From Euglena gracilis (taxonomy: Eukaryota), in assembly GCA_039621445.1 (NCBI GenBank), contig CP154954.1, positions 49,331,847 through 49,395,846 of the forward strand: a stretch of DNA of 64,000 nucleotides. The letters are read 5' to 3'. A program made the translations under genes and the position numbers. The notes beneath the pieces are model-generated. The model searched no databases and had not been told where the DNA came from. It saw nothing but the letters and a program-made list of their open reading frames with translations. Below are positions 45,369-59,300 of this stretch, piece after piece (the stretch's first letter is position 1; the number at the start of each line of letters is the position of its first letter).

Positions 45369-45804
45369 CAGGGGGGGGGAAATGCAACTTGCATAATTTG
45401 CATTTTTTTTGCATAATCAGGCTTTCCCGAAATTTGCATTTTTTGCATTTTTTTGCATTTTTTTTCATAAAATATTTTTGTAGTTGGTTGCCGCCGTATG
45501 TTTGGATTTTTTTGCATTTTTTTTTGCATTTTTTACAAAAAATATTTTGCCCTTGAAAAAAAAATTGTAGTTGGTTGGCATATGTTTGGATTTTTTTGCA
45601 TTTTTTTGCGTTTTTTTGCATAAAATATTTTGCCCTGGAAATTTTTTTTGATTTTAGGCAGCAAAGCTCTGTCATATTCCAGCTTTTTCTCAAGGTTTTC
45701 ATGCAAGTTGCATTTTTTTGCATTTTTTTGCATTTTTTTGCATTTTTTTGCATTTTTTTGACTTGCATAATTTGAAGGCCCAAGTTGCATTCCCCCCCCC
45801 CCTG
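45369..45804. mobile_element. MITE with internal (tttttgca)n repeats
   Basis: TIR cag(g)n-aaatgcaacttg / caagttgcatt-(c)n-ctg; flanking direct repeat gcggggggg. Confidence 0.85.
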
Positions 45805-48800
45805 GCGGGGGGGCCCCCCACTCAGTACAGTTCGGGGAGCTCGCTTATTAAACCAAATTTCTGGCCAGCCCAGGAACGTCCAGGGGTCCTCAACGAACTT
45901 TCTGAGGCAAAGTTTTTGTCCGACAGAAGCCTGAAAAGTCAACTTAATTGTGCTTTTTTTTCCAGCAGCCCCAAGCACCAAGGCTGCAACGCTGGCATTT
46001 TTCAAGGTCGTTATTATTGGTCAGTTGGATCAACTGTGACAGTTCATTTGTCATGCACATTTATTTGTTTTTTGTGCTTCGGACAGGGCCCTCTCAGCCT
46101 TCTTATGTGAGCTCCACCATCATCTTTCCTCACCCTGCTCAACTCCAGTGCTTGTACATCCTAACCCAGCGTTCTGACAATCGGAGCACGCAACGCCCAT
46201 CTGTATAGCATTTTGGATTATGTATTTCGATTTTATCATGTATTGGTATTTTGATTTTGATTTTGGCTTTGATATTGATTTAATTTCTTCATTTGATATG
46301 TTTGAGTTGCATTGCAAGTCAAACGAATTTGAGCAAGTCAACTCATTGCCCCTCCCCAGGCACAACGTATCGTCGCTGTATTTTGGGCTGGCTTAATCAA
46401 TCACCATAATCCATCAACAAAATCACACTGGTTCGCATGGGCATTAGCGACTCCCTGCAATTGTCAGAGGTGCGAAAACCGAGATGCAAACATTGACAGG
46501 GGAGAAGTCAGCCTTATTTCCACCCCAAGGTTCTGCATCGGCTGCTGTCAGGCAAACCAGAGTTGGCCAAAGACAGGGGTGCCCCCGAGGGCAGGGTTTG
46601 ATATACGGCGGGTGTCCGGGGTTGAGGGGGGAGTCCCCCCCCCCTCGGAATGGAGTGGGTGGTCCGACCCCCGCCCCCCACAGGCAGGGCAGAACAGGAA
46701 TCGGCCAAACAGCCAGGGTGGTGGGGGGGGGGGGGTCGACCCCCCCCCTCCTCTCACCCCTACATGGTGGGTGGGGGGGGGGGGGTACCACTTCTTCCCG
46801 GTTTTCTGCTGGCACCAGTTTTTGGACCCCAAAAAATTTTCCGGGCGCCAAAGAGGAGGTCCCCCCCAAAACCGTATTTTTTTTCACCCTTCCAAAATTT
46901 CAACATTTTCTCAGAACTTTGATTTTTTTTTTTAAACTTGGAATTTTTGAAGTTTTTTTTGTGAACAAATGTGGTCCTGGCCAAATTCCTCGTTTTGTGG
47001 GGGGGGTCGACCACCGCCCCCACCAGGCCAGACACCTCAAGACAAGGTCTTTGTGCTTCGCCCTCGGTGTCCCTTCCTCCCTGGTCGGTTTTCCTCGAGG
47101 GAGTACGATTTTTGGCCAAATCGCACCCCCCTCAGGCAACAAGAGGCCCACCTGAAGTTGAGTGCGTTTTCCTGTCTGGTTCCAATCGGCAACGTTTGGC
47201 ATGGGCCATTTTGAAACAATTTCTCCCGCTTTTGGCCACGTCGGGCTGCGTTTTAAAATTTGGGCCACGCTGGGCTGAATTTATTTTTTTCTTCGTTTAT
47301 GCTCCCGATGCCAAAAATTTTCGTCCGGCACTCTGCGGCAGAAAATTTTTCAGATACTTGGTTTCCCCCTCCCGTCCGCTCTTGAAAACTTTTCTCAGGG
47401 GGGGGGGAAGGCCTTGGCCGCTGTGGCCCGATTGCGTGGCGGCTGATGTTTGGGGGCGGAGAACGCTGCCCTTCAGCACCGCGGCCTATTTTTTCACGTG
47501 GGACTTCGGGAAGCTAGGCTTTCAGGATGCCGGACCCCAAGAAAATAAAACGCCCAAGGTGCACCTCAAGGCTCCCCCTCGGTTCCCACCGTAAAATTTG
47601 GCTCCGCAAGGCCACGGACAGTCACCGCAGGAAGCAACGGCGCAGCCGTCGGGGAAATGCGGGACCCTTTTTGGCTCTGTAAAAATTCTTCGTCCGGGCA
47701 GTCGGGCCCCGCACTTCGGGATGGTGAGATCCTGCTCTTTCCGCTGGCTTTTTTGTTTTTTTGTGCGTCTTTGTTGCGGAGGTATTACCCACTTCGCTTC
47801 AGGCGCCGGGGCTGGCGATGTTGCTGACGCCTTGGTGAAGGCGAACTTTCGAAGGTGCCACAGGGGAATGCTGGTGCGGTGGTTTTCTCGCCAGGAGGAG
47901 GGGGCTGCTCCTGCTGGCTGGCCGCTTTTGGTTTCGGGTTGGCGTCCTGGGAAGGGGGGCGGGCTCACCTTCCTCGTGCGCTTTGCTTTATTTCTTTTTA
48001 CTGAAGCTTCTTGCGGCAGGCACCTTTGGTGGCGAAAAATTTCTAGAAACTCCGACCCCTAACCCCGCCAAAAGGCCAATCGCCCTTTATCACTGAAAAA
48101 ATTCCCCGCAAACTTTGCCCCTCAAAGGCAAAGTTCGGGCTGGGAGGCACTCCTTTTCTCCCGTTTTTTTTTGCGGCGCAAAGAAGCGGACTGGCAGTCG
48201 GAAATACGCTAAGGCCCTTCAGCAGATTGAGCAATGAAGGACCCAAAAAAATCGCACAAAAAGATTTTATCAACACTCAGTGGGCCTAGCCGTGCTGCCT
48301 GGCGGGGGGAAAACTTTAAAAAATCCATTCAGGATACTGGCTAAAAATTTGAACCCATTTCCGACGCGGTGGCGGTTTTCCTCGCAGAGCTAAAAGCCAG
48401 CGAGTCGCCGTGAAAAACGCAGCTAATCCCCCCAGGATGGGTCGGCACAGCCGCCCAACTGAATGAGCGCTGAATGAGCGCTGGCGAGGCACCAGAACTC
48501 CCAAAAATGCCCCCAAATCATGCCTTCAGGTATTGACAGAAAAAATACAGAAAACCCCAAAACTTTTCCTGTGCCTCCTCCCCTTGTCACCCTCTCACTT
48601 ACCTGCCTTCAGAATTAATGCGTGATGTAGTGAGAATATCAAGGCCAACTCGTGCAACAGACCCCAAGCTGGGGGGAGGTCTGCTCAAGGGCAATTGCAA
48701 ATTCGGCGCCCAAGAGAAGAGGGCTGAATTGGGGTAGTGTGTAGTCCACCGGTTCTTCCTTCCCTTCCTCTTTATGACCAATTAATGGAATCAAATAGGA

Positions 48801-49249
48801 TATGACTGGTACACAGCTCCAGTCGTCAATAAATCTGAACACAACGAGGAAAAATGCCCAATGAAAATGAAAATCCCAAACCTTATCGCAGTCTGTGAGC
48901 AACACACCTGTTCTGCCTTCCGGGAGGACAATGGCAATCCGAAGAACCAGTGCAAAAGTGCGTGGGAATGCCACTTTGTGAAACAAAGAATGATGAACAA
49001 CGCAAAAATGATTAGGAATGTTTCTGAGTGCATTGTGGAGTCAGTGTTGTGTTGTGTGAGTGCTGACTGTCGCTCGAGAACAAGGGGAACACCACCCTTG
49101 AGAGTGCGTGCTTGTTTGGACAGAAACCAATTCTTGCACGAAACACTGGGCGGTGAAAGAGTTAACGTGTTGTCTGCTTGTGTTGAGAAAATATATTTGG
49201 TACAACAAACACTGACCTACACACAAACACAAAATATGTGTTCACACAG

Positions 49250-49735
49250 CCACCACACACACACCCAACACACACACACACACACACATACACACACACA
49301 CACCACATCATATGAACATGCACGCACACACGTAACACAACACAACACAACACAAACACCACACCACACCACACCACACCACACCACACCACACCACACC
49401 ACACCACACCACACCACTTTCCTGGGACAGACTGCCCTTCCCATGGTTATTTCAGTACCCATTTTAGCCACTAGCAATTTCCCCATCGATGATCCTTCCC
49501 AGAGGTCTCAACGACCCTGGTTTGAGGGGGAAACACAATATTACCTGGTGTGTGTGTGCATGTGCATATGTGTGTGTGTATGAGTGTGCGTGCGTATGAG
49601 TGTGCGTGCGTATGAGTGTGCGTGCGTATGAGTGTGCGTGCGTATGAGTGTGCGTGCGTATGAGTGTGCGTGCGTATGAGTGTGCGTGCGTATGAGTGTG
49701 CGTGCGCGTGTGTGCGTGCATGCGTGCATGCGTGC
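49250..49735. repeat. (CA)n/(CACAC)n tract followed by a 16-bp minisatellite gtatgagtgtgcgtgc (about 8 copies, 49578-49706)
   Basis: Directly visible. Confidence 0.93.
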
Positions 49736-50399
49736 GGGCTTGCGTGTTCCCCCTTTTGCTGAAACTGTTGGTGGGCAAACGTGCCCTGCCAAAGCACCGC
49801 ACAGGGCGAACATTTCAGCCTCAGACGAACGGCAACAAGTGAACAGCTGGACGGAAGCTTCACAAACAGCTTGTCCTAAAGTGAGTCGGTGGCACACCGA
49901 GGCGCTCTTGTAAATCCCCCCAAAGAAGACCCCCCAAGAAATGACCCCCCAAAAATATCCAACATATTTACAACGTATTTGGGACTTTTGAAACCCAAAA
50001 ATAGCAGGGCAAATTTCAGTTTTGTTTTCAAATGAAGCGAAGCAGCGAACAAATTTTTTTTTCGTCTATTTGGGAACCCAAAAAATGATGATTTTTAATG
50101 CCTTGGTCGCCGGTCAAGGGAAAAAAACCCGAAAGAAATACCCTATCCCTAAAAAAAGACCCTGCCTCCTGATGTTCCACAACGTAACTAAAAATAACCC
50201 AGATCCCACCTTTGGGGGGTGGGGGCGGTGGACTCACGCTTCCCACCAGGGTCCTTCTGGACACTGCTAGCCATGCTCTCATGACTTTCCTGGCATCCTT
50301 CATGGCGTAGTGCCATTGTGTGGAAAAAGACAAAAATATGCCCGGGGAATGAAATACGACAAAAAAGGGCCAATTCTTCTGCATGGTTCGCGGGGGGGG

Positions 50400-53300
50400 G
50401 GGGAGGTGCTCTTGTAATGGACGCCAGCTGCTCTTGGGTCCGGCTCTCGTAAATGGCCCACCCCACCGTTTTGGAGGGGTTCAATCATTGAGTGTACTGC
50501 AAGGAGAACTGCCCATTATCCATCCCGTTTTCCATCTTCGAATTCCTTTTTGACTGCCAACCACATCCAAAATAACAATAAAATTGCACAATTTTGGTGA
50601 TCACACCGCCCCTGATATTGTAAGCTACCGGCTGCTTTGTTTGGGTTTCTGAAATTGACCCAAAGGTTGCCCATATGCCTATATTTGGGGATTGCCCGCA
50701 ATCCCCGACGTTGCTTCCTTCTGCTGTTCCAATGGGGAATCCACAGCACTATACATCACTCCGCACACCACACCACATCCACGGAATGAGAAAGAAAACA
50801 GCTCTCTTTAGGGGGATTACAAATTTTGTGATATATTCTAATTCTAATTTCTGATTCTAATTCATAAATTTGGTGGTCAATGTTCTTTACTTCTTTACAA
50901 TGACAAATTCTTAATCTGGATCATTTTTGTGGGAAAAAAAAATACAAAAAATTCGGGTCCAAAAGCTTTGCGACGAATTCGAAGATTTTGTTGCTAATTC
51001 CTGTTTAAGGTGACAAGTTCCTGCTGCCTGTCAAACTTATAAATTTCTTCTAAATCCGGAAAATTCTGGGAAAAAAACATGTGCAATTCTGTCTTGCACT
51101 GTGTAAAATTGATATCAAAAATGATATCCCAAATATGTGCACAGTGATTCTGCTGCACTTCACGATCCGCCGTGTGGCAGAATCACTGTGCACACCAGTT
51201 GGGATGCCATTTGTATCAATTTTACACAGTGCAAGACGGCATTACACAATATTTATTCATTAAATTCAGAAATTAGTAATAAAAAAACAATCTACTCACT
51301 GTACGGCACATACAATAGCAATTTTAATGAAAATAAAAATGAAACTTAAATTTATTTAAAATTTTAATGAAATTTAATGAAAAAATTCCTTCGGCATCCA
51401 ACCAGGGGTCGCTTGTTGTTGAGCCAAATTGCAACGGGGAGGTTATTCTGGGTTGGCTTACAGCGAGGGGTCGCTATATTCTATGTAGGGGGGGTTCAAA
51501 TTCAAATAACAAACGTTTTTAAACCCCCACTGGCTTAAAACTTCCAAGAACCCTGAGGCATTACACACCCGGACCAGGCACGTTGGGGGTACATTACCGC
51601 CCCCTTGTCCTTGACACGCCAAAGTGCAGGGAAATTGCGGTTGACGTGGGGGTGTGCCATGGGCACACCATGTCGTGTGCACTGCACCATAAAGCAAATT
51701 GTATTTTGGGCACAGGAAAAATGCCGCTGACACAAGGGGTGCGTCGTGGACCAGCCGTGTCAAGCACGGGGGAGGGGATGTAGGAAAGCACACAGATGTG
51801 GGTCCACCGGCAGGGAATTTCTTAAGGACCCCGGGGGGGGGGGGTCCAGCCTCCAGCTGGCAAAAAGGCTGCTGGCTGGATTTGAGCTGCTGGCTGGACC
51901 CCCCGGGGGGGGGGGGGGGGGGGGAGGGGGGGGACGGGGGTGGAGGGGGCTGGGCTGGGCTGGGTCGAGGAAAAACCAAAATTTTCTAACACATTTTTGC
52001 CATTTTCGACATTTTGATGGGTTGAGCTAGATCAAGGCTGGGGGGCTGTGATGGACGGGCTGTGATGAGGGGAAAAAATGCAAGGATAAGTGAGCTGGGC
52101 AGCCCAGTTGGCTGGCCAGCCTGCGGCCGGCTGGCCCGGCCTCTGGCCGGGCTGGACCCGACTTTATTTCACTCGACCCCCCGGGGGGGGGGGGCTCCCA
52201 GCCCGAATTTGGGCTGCTGGCTGGATTTGGGCTGCTGGCTGGCTGGGCCCCCCCCCCGGGGGGTAGGGTACCCTCCGGCTTAAGAAATTCCCTGTCCACC
52301 GCGCAAAGCTCGGGGACCAAGACATCCTGAACAAAAGAAAAAGGAACGAAGGAAGGGATGAGGGGTTATCGCTGCCTGCCAAAATTGGTGAAAGATGGCA
52401 CAGTCAAAAATTGTCCCCTGTGTGGAGGCCGGGGGGGGGGGGGGGCGGCTCAGCATGGACCCTCAGAAGGAGCGACACTACTAAAACAAAACAAATAAAC
52501 CAAACTTTCTATGTGCTCTTATAGGATCGAGGTGTGCCAAAAACTATCAGATTCTGTGTTTTGGGGGAAGTCGATTCAAAATGCAATTGTTTGGCGAAAA
52601 AAATAAAAAAAATGCAAAAAAAAGTTTAAGAGAAATTTTCATAATAAAGAATATGGCCAAAAATGCGCCTTTTTCAAAATTGAAATCATTCCCACATCAT
52701 TGAAGTCATGCCCAAAAGTGCAAAGGGAACATTCTAAGGCATTATGGAAGCTCAAACGTTACATGCCATGCATTCCACACCCAAATTCATCATATCAAGC
52801 ATCCACAATGTATGCTGGTGTGGAAGGGAGCATGACCCGTGGGAGTACCATACCCCCGGGAAACTGTATCCAGACAATTCAACGAGTACAGAGGGAGGGG
52901 ACAGGTCCCTAAAAAGGTACAGAGGGCCAGGGTACAGGTACAGGTACAGGTACAGGCACAGAGGGTTAAAAAAAACAGGATGGACTGGAGAGGGGGAATA
53001 CGTTGACATTTTCGACACCAAGACAAAAAATCTGGAAAACAATATTTTCAAAATTTTGAACCAGAAGCCCCAAAAAATGTTCGGATTTTTTTAATCCGGA
53101 AATTGCCATCTTTAAGTTTTTTTTAAATATTTTCTTAGGAGGCAGGTAGGCGGGAACAAGTGTAGGAGGACAGGTCAGTGGGTACGCGGGGAGGACAATT
53201 TCCTGGGGGGAAATAAAACCCATGAGGTGCCGACACACGGGGTGCACCTGCGCATCAGTGGATGCGTCAAAAATATTTGTATAATAATTAATAATAATTG

Positions 53301-56300
53301 AGAGCACCCCAAACACTCAACGACGCACAAGGTGTACAGGGTGCTGCCCTTGTGTGTCGGCACCCCCCACGCAGGATTTTCCCTTCAAAAGATCCACCAT
53401 TCACACTCACACCCATCAAATGGGAGGCAGAAAAGGTTGGGCGTGCTTTTCCTATCTCACCCGAAATGGCAGCCCAACACTTTGATAAGCTCCCAGATGG
53501 GGTATCTGCACACCGAAGGGACCACTCTCCACCAGAACGCCGAATTCCGGCAGAGTATCACGTCTATGAGCCCAGATGGATCCCGCTGGCCCGACGCGCA
53601 GAGAGGCCTTGGGAGGCGCTCCACGCTGGGGAACGCATCCCGGCGGCAGCCCACGCAAGCCTGCCTGGCGCAGGGCTGCGGGGCGCGCGGCGCGCGTTTG
53701 GTGCGTGGCCCGGGGTCGGCGGGGGGCCAGTGGCGAGGGCGACGCTTGCCTGCCTCCGGGCCGCCCCCCGAGCACGGAGCACAGGTCGGGAAACCGGGGC
53801 GGTCCACTTCGTACTCACAAAACCGTGGCGCTGCGGAAACCCTTACCCCCAACCCTAACCCAAACCCTGACTGGAACCGTCACCGTAACCGTAACCCTAA
53901 TCCCACCATCCAGACGTAGCACTTCCTCCACCCAGCCCAGCTCTGCGTTGAGCCCGTTGAACACGCCCGCCTGCCGTGCCCTGGGGGGCGCGCTCACCCA
54001 GAAGCTACGACGGGAGCTGTCCCAGGGGGCGGTTGTTGGGACCGGGGAAAAAAAAGTTGGTGGATTTTGGGGAGCCAGCTTTTCTCTAATCCATACATCG
54101 GCAGTTTCAACCAGCCGGAAGGTCGAATTCCGGGACCGCCCCGGGAAAAAGAAATAATTGAGGGGAAAAAATCTTGGACACCTCATTTGAATCCTTGAAA
54201 TGCTGTACAAAAGAGCACTTGTTCCAATCCCAACTATATCACTCTTATGACCAAGAACTCTAGCTTTGCAGCGGTTGAAAACGTCTCCATTCAACCCCCT
54301 TTTTCCAGAGTGAGTTTCGGGTGTTCACGCAGTTTGTCACTTAGTTGCCCATCTGGCTGGGGTTGTATGTTCTTTGATTTACGAAAGGGTGGCAAAGTTC
54401 CGGACAACTCCGAACCTGTCATTTCGATACCCCAGGGGGGGGGGGACTGGCTAGCCAATCGGCTAGACACTGGAAAAAATGGACTAGCTAGACCCCCCCT
54501 CCCCCCGGGGTCTGGGGGTCCCCCCGACTGGAAAAAAAATTTCCTCCGGCGCTGCCCGTCGAGGTGGAAATGAGGTTTTTAATAGGTTTTTTTTTTTGGC
54601 TGATTTAGTTCCAAAGATTCCCCAAAATGGCCAAAAACAGGCATTTTTTTTGGCCATTTTTGGGGGGTCCGAAAAAAAATTTCCGGCGCTTCGCGCCGGT
54701 CACTGGAATTTTTTTTTCCACTAGCTAGCCCTGCTAGCAGACCTCCCCCCCCCCCCGGGGGGTCTGCTAGAAATCCCACTAGCCAAATTTGGACTAGCTA
54801 CAGTCCAGCCCCCCCCCCCGCCCGGGGGGTACTGCAATCCCTTAAGCAAACGCCTGGTCCAGGCAATTGCTAAAAGGTTCGCAGTACCCCCCCCCCCCCC
54901 GGGGTTGGATTTCATCTTGGCCACCAAAAAAAACACATTAACCTCATTCCGGACAAAAAAATTTTCCAGTCAGGGGGACCAGCTGATTCATTCTTTCCAG
55001 TGTTCAGCAAAATGGCCAGCCAGTGGACCCCCTTGATTCCTCAAGCAATGGCCTGTTTCGGTCACAAAAGGGCATTCTGGCATCAATCATCACTGGGGGT
55101 CTACTTGCGAACTTGCCGAACAGCTCCCAGGTGGCAGAATTTGCAAGGCCACAAAGTCCTCAATTTGACAGGCTGCATTTTCAGAATTGTCCAATGCTGT
55201 TTGGATTGGAACCGATCATTATGGGCTGTTTTGCCCGTGACCTTTGAGGCACGCATTTTCATCCAAGAACTGCCCCCGAAAACAGCCCCAAACAGGCCAT
55301 GAATTCAGAAACGTCTTAGATCGCGCTTTGTTTTAACCAACCCAGCGTTTGTGCCCCCATTTCTCGATTAACCTCCTTCCGAGGTGGAAGGTGAGTCTTG
55401 TTCTGTTCCCCTCCCCCGCACCAGTCTCACAATGCCAAGGTGCCTTCAAGGGTAGAAATGGCATAGAAATACTTTCCAGATTTACACGGCGCTGATTTTT
55501 GTTCGAAAAAAAGTCAAAATGGACAAAAATGGGCATTTTTGCAAGTTTTGGGGTCGAAAAAATTTCGGCGCTTGCAACGGTCAGCAGACCCCCCGGGGGT
55601 CAACCAGGATTTCCACGTCATCAAATGTTAAACAACCATTCAAAGCCGCTGGCAGTGCTCAATGGGAATTCCTGGGTGGGAGAGTAGACCCCCCCACCCC
55701 CTTCCCCATTTCTGCGGGTGCTGTATTTAGACCAAACAATTTCCTTAAGGGGTTGTGAAGACTCCTTTTTTTTGTCAAGCTGAGAGACTTCTGAGAGACT
55801 TTGAAATCACATTGATGTCCAATGGGTGATGGGAAGTTGTGTAACAAGGTTGAAAATACATTTCAGGGGAACATGGCAGATGACACCAAATGTTTCCATG
55901 TCTGAAAAGCAGTAAAAATCATGTCTGGGAAAATTCCCAGTGAGAGTCGACTGTACCACCCGCACACTCGCTCCACAAAAGCCAAAAGTTACTTGCAAAC
56001 GTGCACAAACAAATGTAAATTTCAATTACTTGTGCAATTGAGTTCATAAATAAATTCATCCCTCCTCTGAAAAACGCAAATGCAAACGATCCTTCGTCTT
56101 CCACCACCGTGTCCCAGAGCCCTTCCCCGCTGGCCAGTTGCGAGCCCTGGAGCGGGTGCCTTCACCACTCAGTCACGCTGACACTCCAAAGATACCAGTG
56201 ACTCTTTCCCCATCTGTGGGACCTCTCCCAAAACCGCTGTGCCATATATTTTATTCACTGGTCCACATCTCCTTTTCTGAGAGCTAGACAGGGGGAGGCA

Positions 56301-59300
56301 AAAAAGAGGCTTTTGCAGAAATCTCTTTCACGAGGTTTCACCGGTTTGAAAAACAAAAAAAACGGGGGGGGGGGGCAGTTTTTCACAAGGTTTGGGCACG
56401 CTCCGAGGCTGGTTGCACCAAGAATAAAAAGTGGTCCCAGAAACTGCCAATCAGCCCCCTTTTCCGAGTTTGTTTTCACGTGCTTTTTCGCGACATTCGG
56501 GCTGCAAAACATCGTCTCTGTCGATCGCCGAAAACGTACCAGCTGCTGGAAAAAAAAACAGAAAAAGAGGGTTTTGGGCATCTCACTGGGGGCAGCACTC
56601 CCAACCGGCAGCACCCCGGCTGAAAACAGAAACAAGGGGGGGGGCGAATCTCACTTTTTGCAACGAGAAGTGAAGCACAAAAAAGTCTCCACATTTGCGT
56701 TTATGTGGGGAGCATACCACCTAACAAAAGGCGGTTTCATACAACCACGTCGAGAGGAGCCATACAATCTTTTTTTGAATTTGAAGTGGACCACCAGGAG
56801 AATGGGTCCGCAGGGGTCCACGCCACTCCTTGCAGCGGCGAGAACAGTTACCCTGCCTCGCAGGGGGGGGGGAGAGCTCCGGCGGCACAGACCCTTTGTG
56901 ATGACCTGTTGGGAGGGGCATCCCGGCCTCAGCGGCCTTGGTGTTGGGGGTTCCGAAAAGCACCACTTCTGTCGTCACTCCCGCAGTTTGGCCTTCCCCC
57001 CCCCCACTCATCCCCATCCCACCGTTCCGAGTCAAAGGCCTCCGTGGCCAGCACACACGGGGGTGTGCGAGGCCCGCCGGGGAGCTGACCGTGGGGCGGG
57101 CCCGACGGGCGACGAAGAGCCGGCGGCGGCGGCGGCGGTGGCCGGGGGGGAAGGAGGGGCAGCCCTCTGATCCAACGGAACAGAGGGAGGGCCGGCGCCG
57201 GGGTCGATTCGCCGGGGTCCTGGGGCTTCGAAGGGGGGGGGGGGCGCTGAGAGGGCAAAATAAACACCCAGACCCACACCCAGACCCCTCTGGGGAAAGC
57301 CACGGCATATGGCATGACCAGGGGGTGTGGTTGCGGGGCGGGGGGGCAGGAATGCCTAATGAGGGATGCATGCTGCGCCTTGCTCGCAGCATGGTGGGCT
57401 CGGGGGGAGAGGAGGGACCTCCGTCCAGCCATTCTCCCATTGAGGGGGTATCCTTGCAAACGCCGACTTTTTTTGCCCAGAAGGAAAGAAAACTCCAGGA
57501 AACATTGTGGGGTGAACCACAAATGAAATATGTTCAATTATTATATACATACATATGTATATATGTATACATATAATATTGTTTTAAAAAAGGCGTTCAA
57601 ATGTGCCAAAAACCTGTCCATTCCCAATGGTCAGACGTTCTCGTCCGGGGGGGGGTCATCAGGGGCAAGACCCAGCAGAATAGTCAAACACCAAGGCATG
57701 GCTTCTGGAGAGCAGAGGAGAGAAAGACAATCAATTCAAGCTTCACCTTCAGGCTTCACTGTTTTACCGAACGCTCATAGGGTATAGGGTGTGTCTTCTA
57801 CTATGGGAGGCCTGTCAATGGCAGCCCTCCACCCGCCCCAACCCTGACCCTGGGCACAATCTAGACGCATGCCCTTGAAGCACATCCCACCCCAGAACTG
57901 GAACCCCACCTGAAGGGGGGAAAATGCCTTCCAAAAGCACTCGCGGGGGAAGGGGACCTTCTTCAGAAAGAAGCCTGATCAACAACACATGCACACGGGC
58001 CTAACAGTCGACGCAACGCACCCGTCGTTCCGCCGGTTTTCGCGGTCAAACAAACACCACAAAATACGACTGAAACTAGAACATCTACTTAATTCAGTTA
58101 TTCAAAGAAACACTATTATCAGGAATTGACTTCAGAATTAACAAAAGAATGTTGTTGAGCGCAGGGAATTCCTTAAGGACCTCCTGGGGGTCCAGCAGGC
58201 TGGCTGGAAAAAGGTGCTCGGTGGAAAAAAGGTGTTGGCTGGACCTCCCCCCCCCGCAGGGGGTGGGGTCTAGGGGTGGGTCCTACCCAGCTGCCGGCTG
58301 GGCTGCAAAAGCCTTATCTGACGTTCAACCAGGGAATTTGTGAAGCCGGACCCCCCCCCCCCGGTGGGGTCCAGCCAGCGCCTCCTAGCCAGGCTGTGGA
58401 CCCCCCGGAGGTGGAGCAGTAAAACGAGACACAAACAAGGCAGCTGCCCTCTACTTGGCCCCCACCGGGGGGGGGGGCAAGTAAAGGTTCCGGGGGGGGG
58501 GGGTCATACGGGGGTGCCCGTTCCCACTTGCCAGAAAATCGGGGTTATTTTTGGGGATGAGGTTTGGGTTACGATGGGACTTCGTTACCGCCCCCAAAAA
58601 GAAGAAATTAGGCCGCATTTCCAACCAGGTTTGGCCAAATTAAGGCCGAATTTGGTCAAATTCAGGCAAAAGCGCAACCCAGAAATCTTCGCAGAGGGAA
58701 CCAAACCTAACCTAACCTTCCGGCCCTTTGTCCCTAAAAATGACCATTTTTGTTTCGCCGATCCTAATTTTGGCGTTTTTCGGCCAGTTTTGTATCTATA
58801 TGACCAGTTTGGATCATTTTAGGGCATCTTGGGGTCTTTGGAGGTTTCTGGGTCAGCCACTGCGGTGGGTGTGTGTGTCCACCATTATCCCCCCAAAGCT
58901 GATTCCCCATTTATAATCTCAAAAGTTGGGTAACGATCCGTTGTTATATTGAGGGGGATTACTGGCACGGATATCACACTGTGCTTGTCCTGCAAGCCCA
59001 ATCCAGTCCAACATGACTGTTGTACTCAAATTTAGAACGTGTTGGGGATTTGCTTGGCTCACGGTTTGTATGTACATGCCCACATGCACATGCATGTGTG
59101 CGTGTAGCGCACACATGGCTGGCAGCGCAGGAGGCAGGTCACGTGAAGACCTGGCAAGTCTTTGGAGGAGGCTCCTTTCTTGACCCATAATGGTGATGGC
59201 GGGCTGGACCAGTCTGGCTGGACCATAGCAGAAGGTGGACCGAAAACAATAATTGCTTTTTTGTTGATGGGGGGCTCTGGTGGAGCTTCATACCAAGATC

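Noticed and set aside
47000-49200. Autonomous transposase or reverse transcriptase gene
   Set aside because: No DDE, YxDD or helicase motifs recognised in any ORF here or elsewhere in the window.
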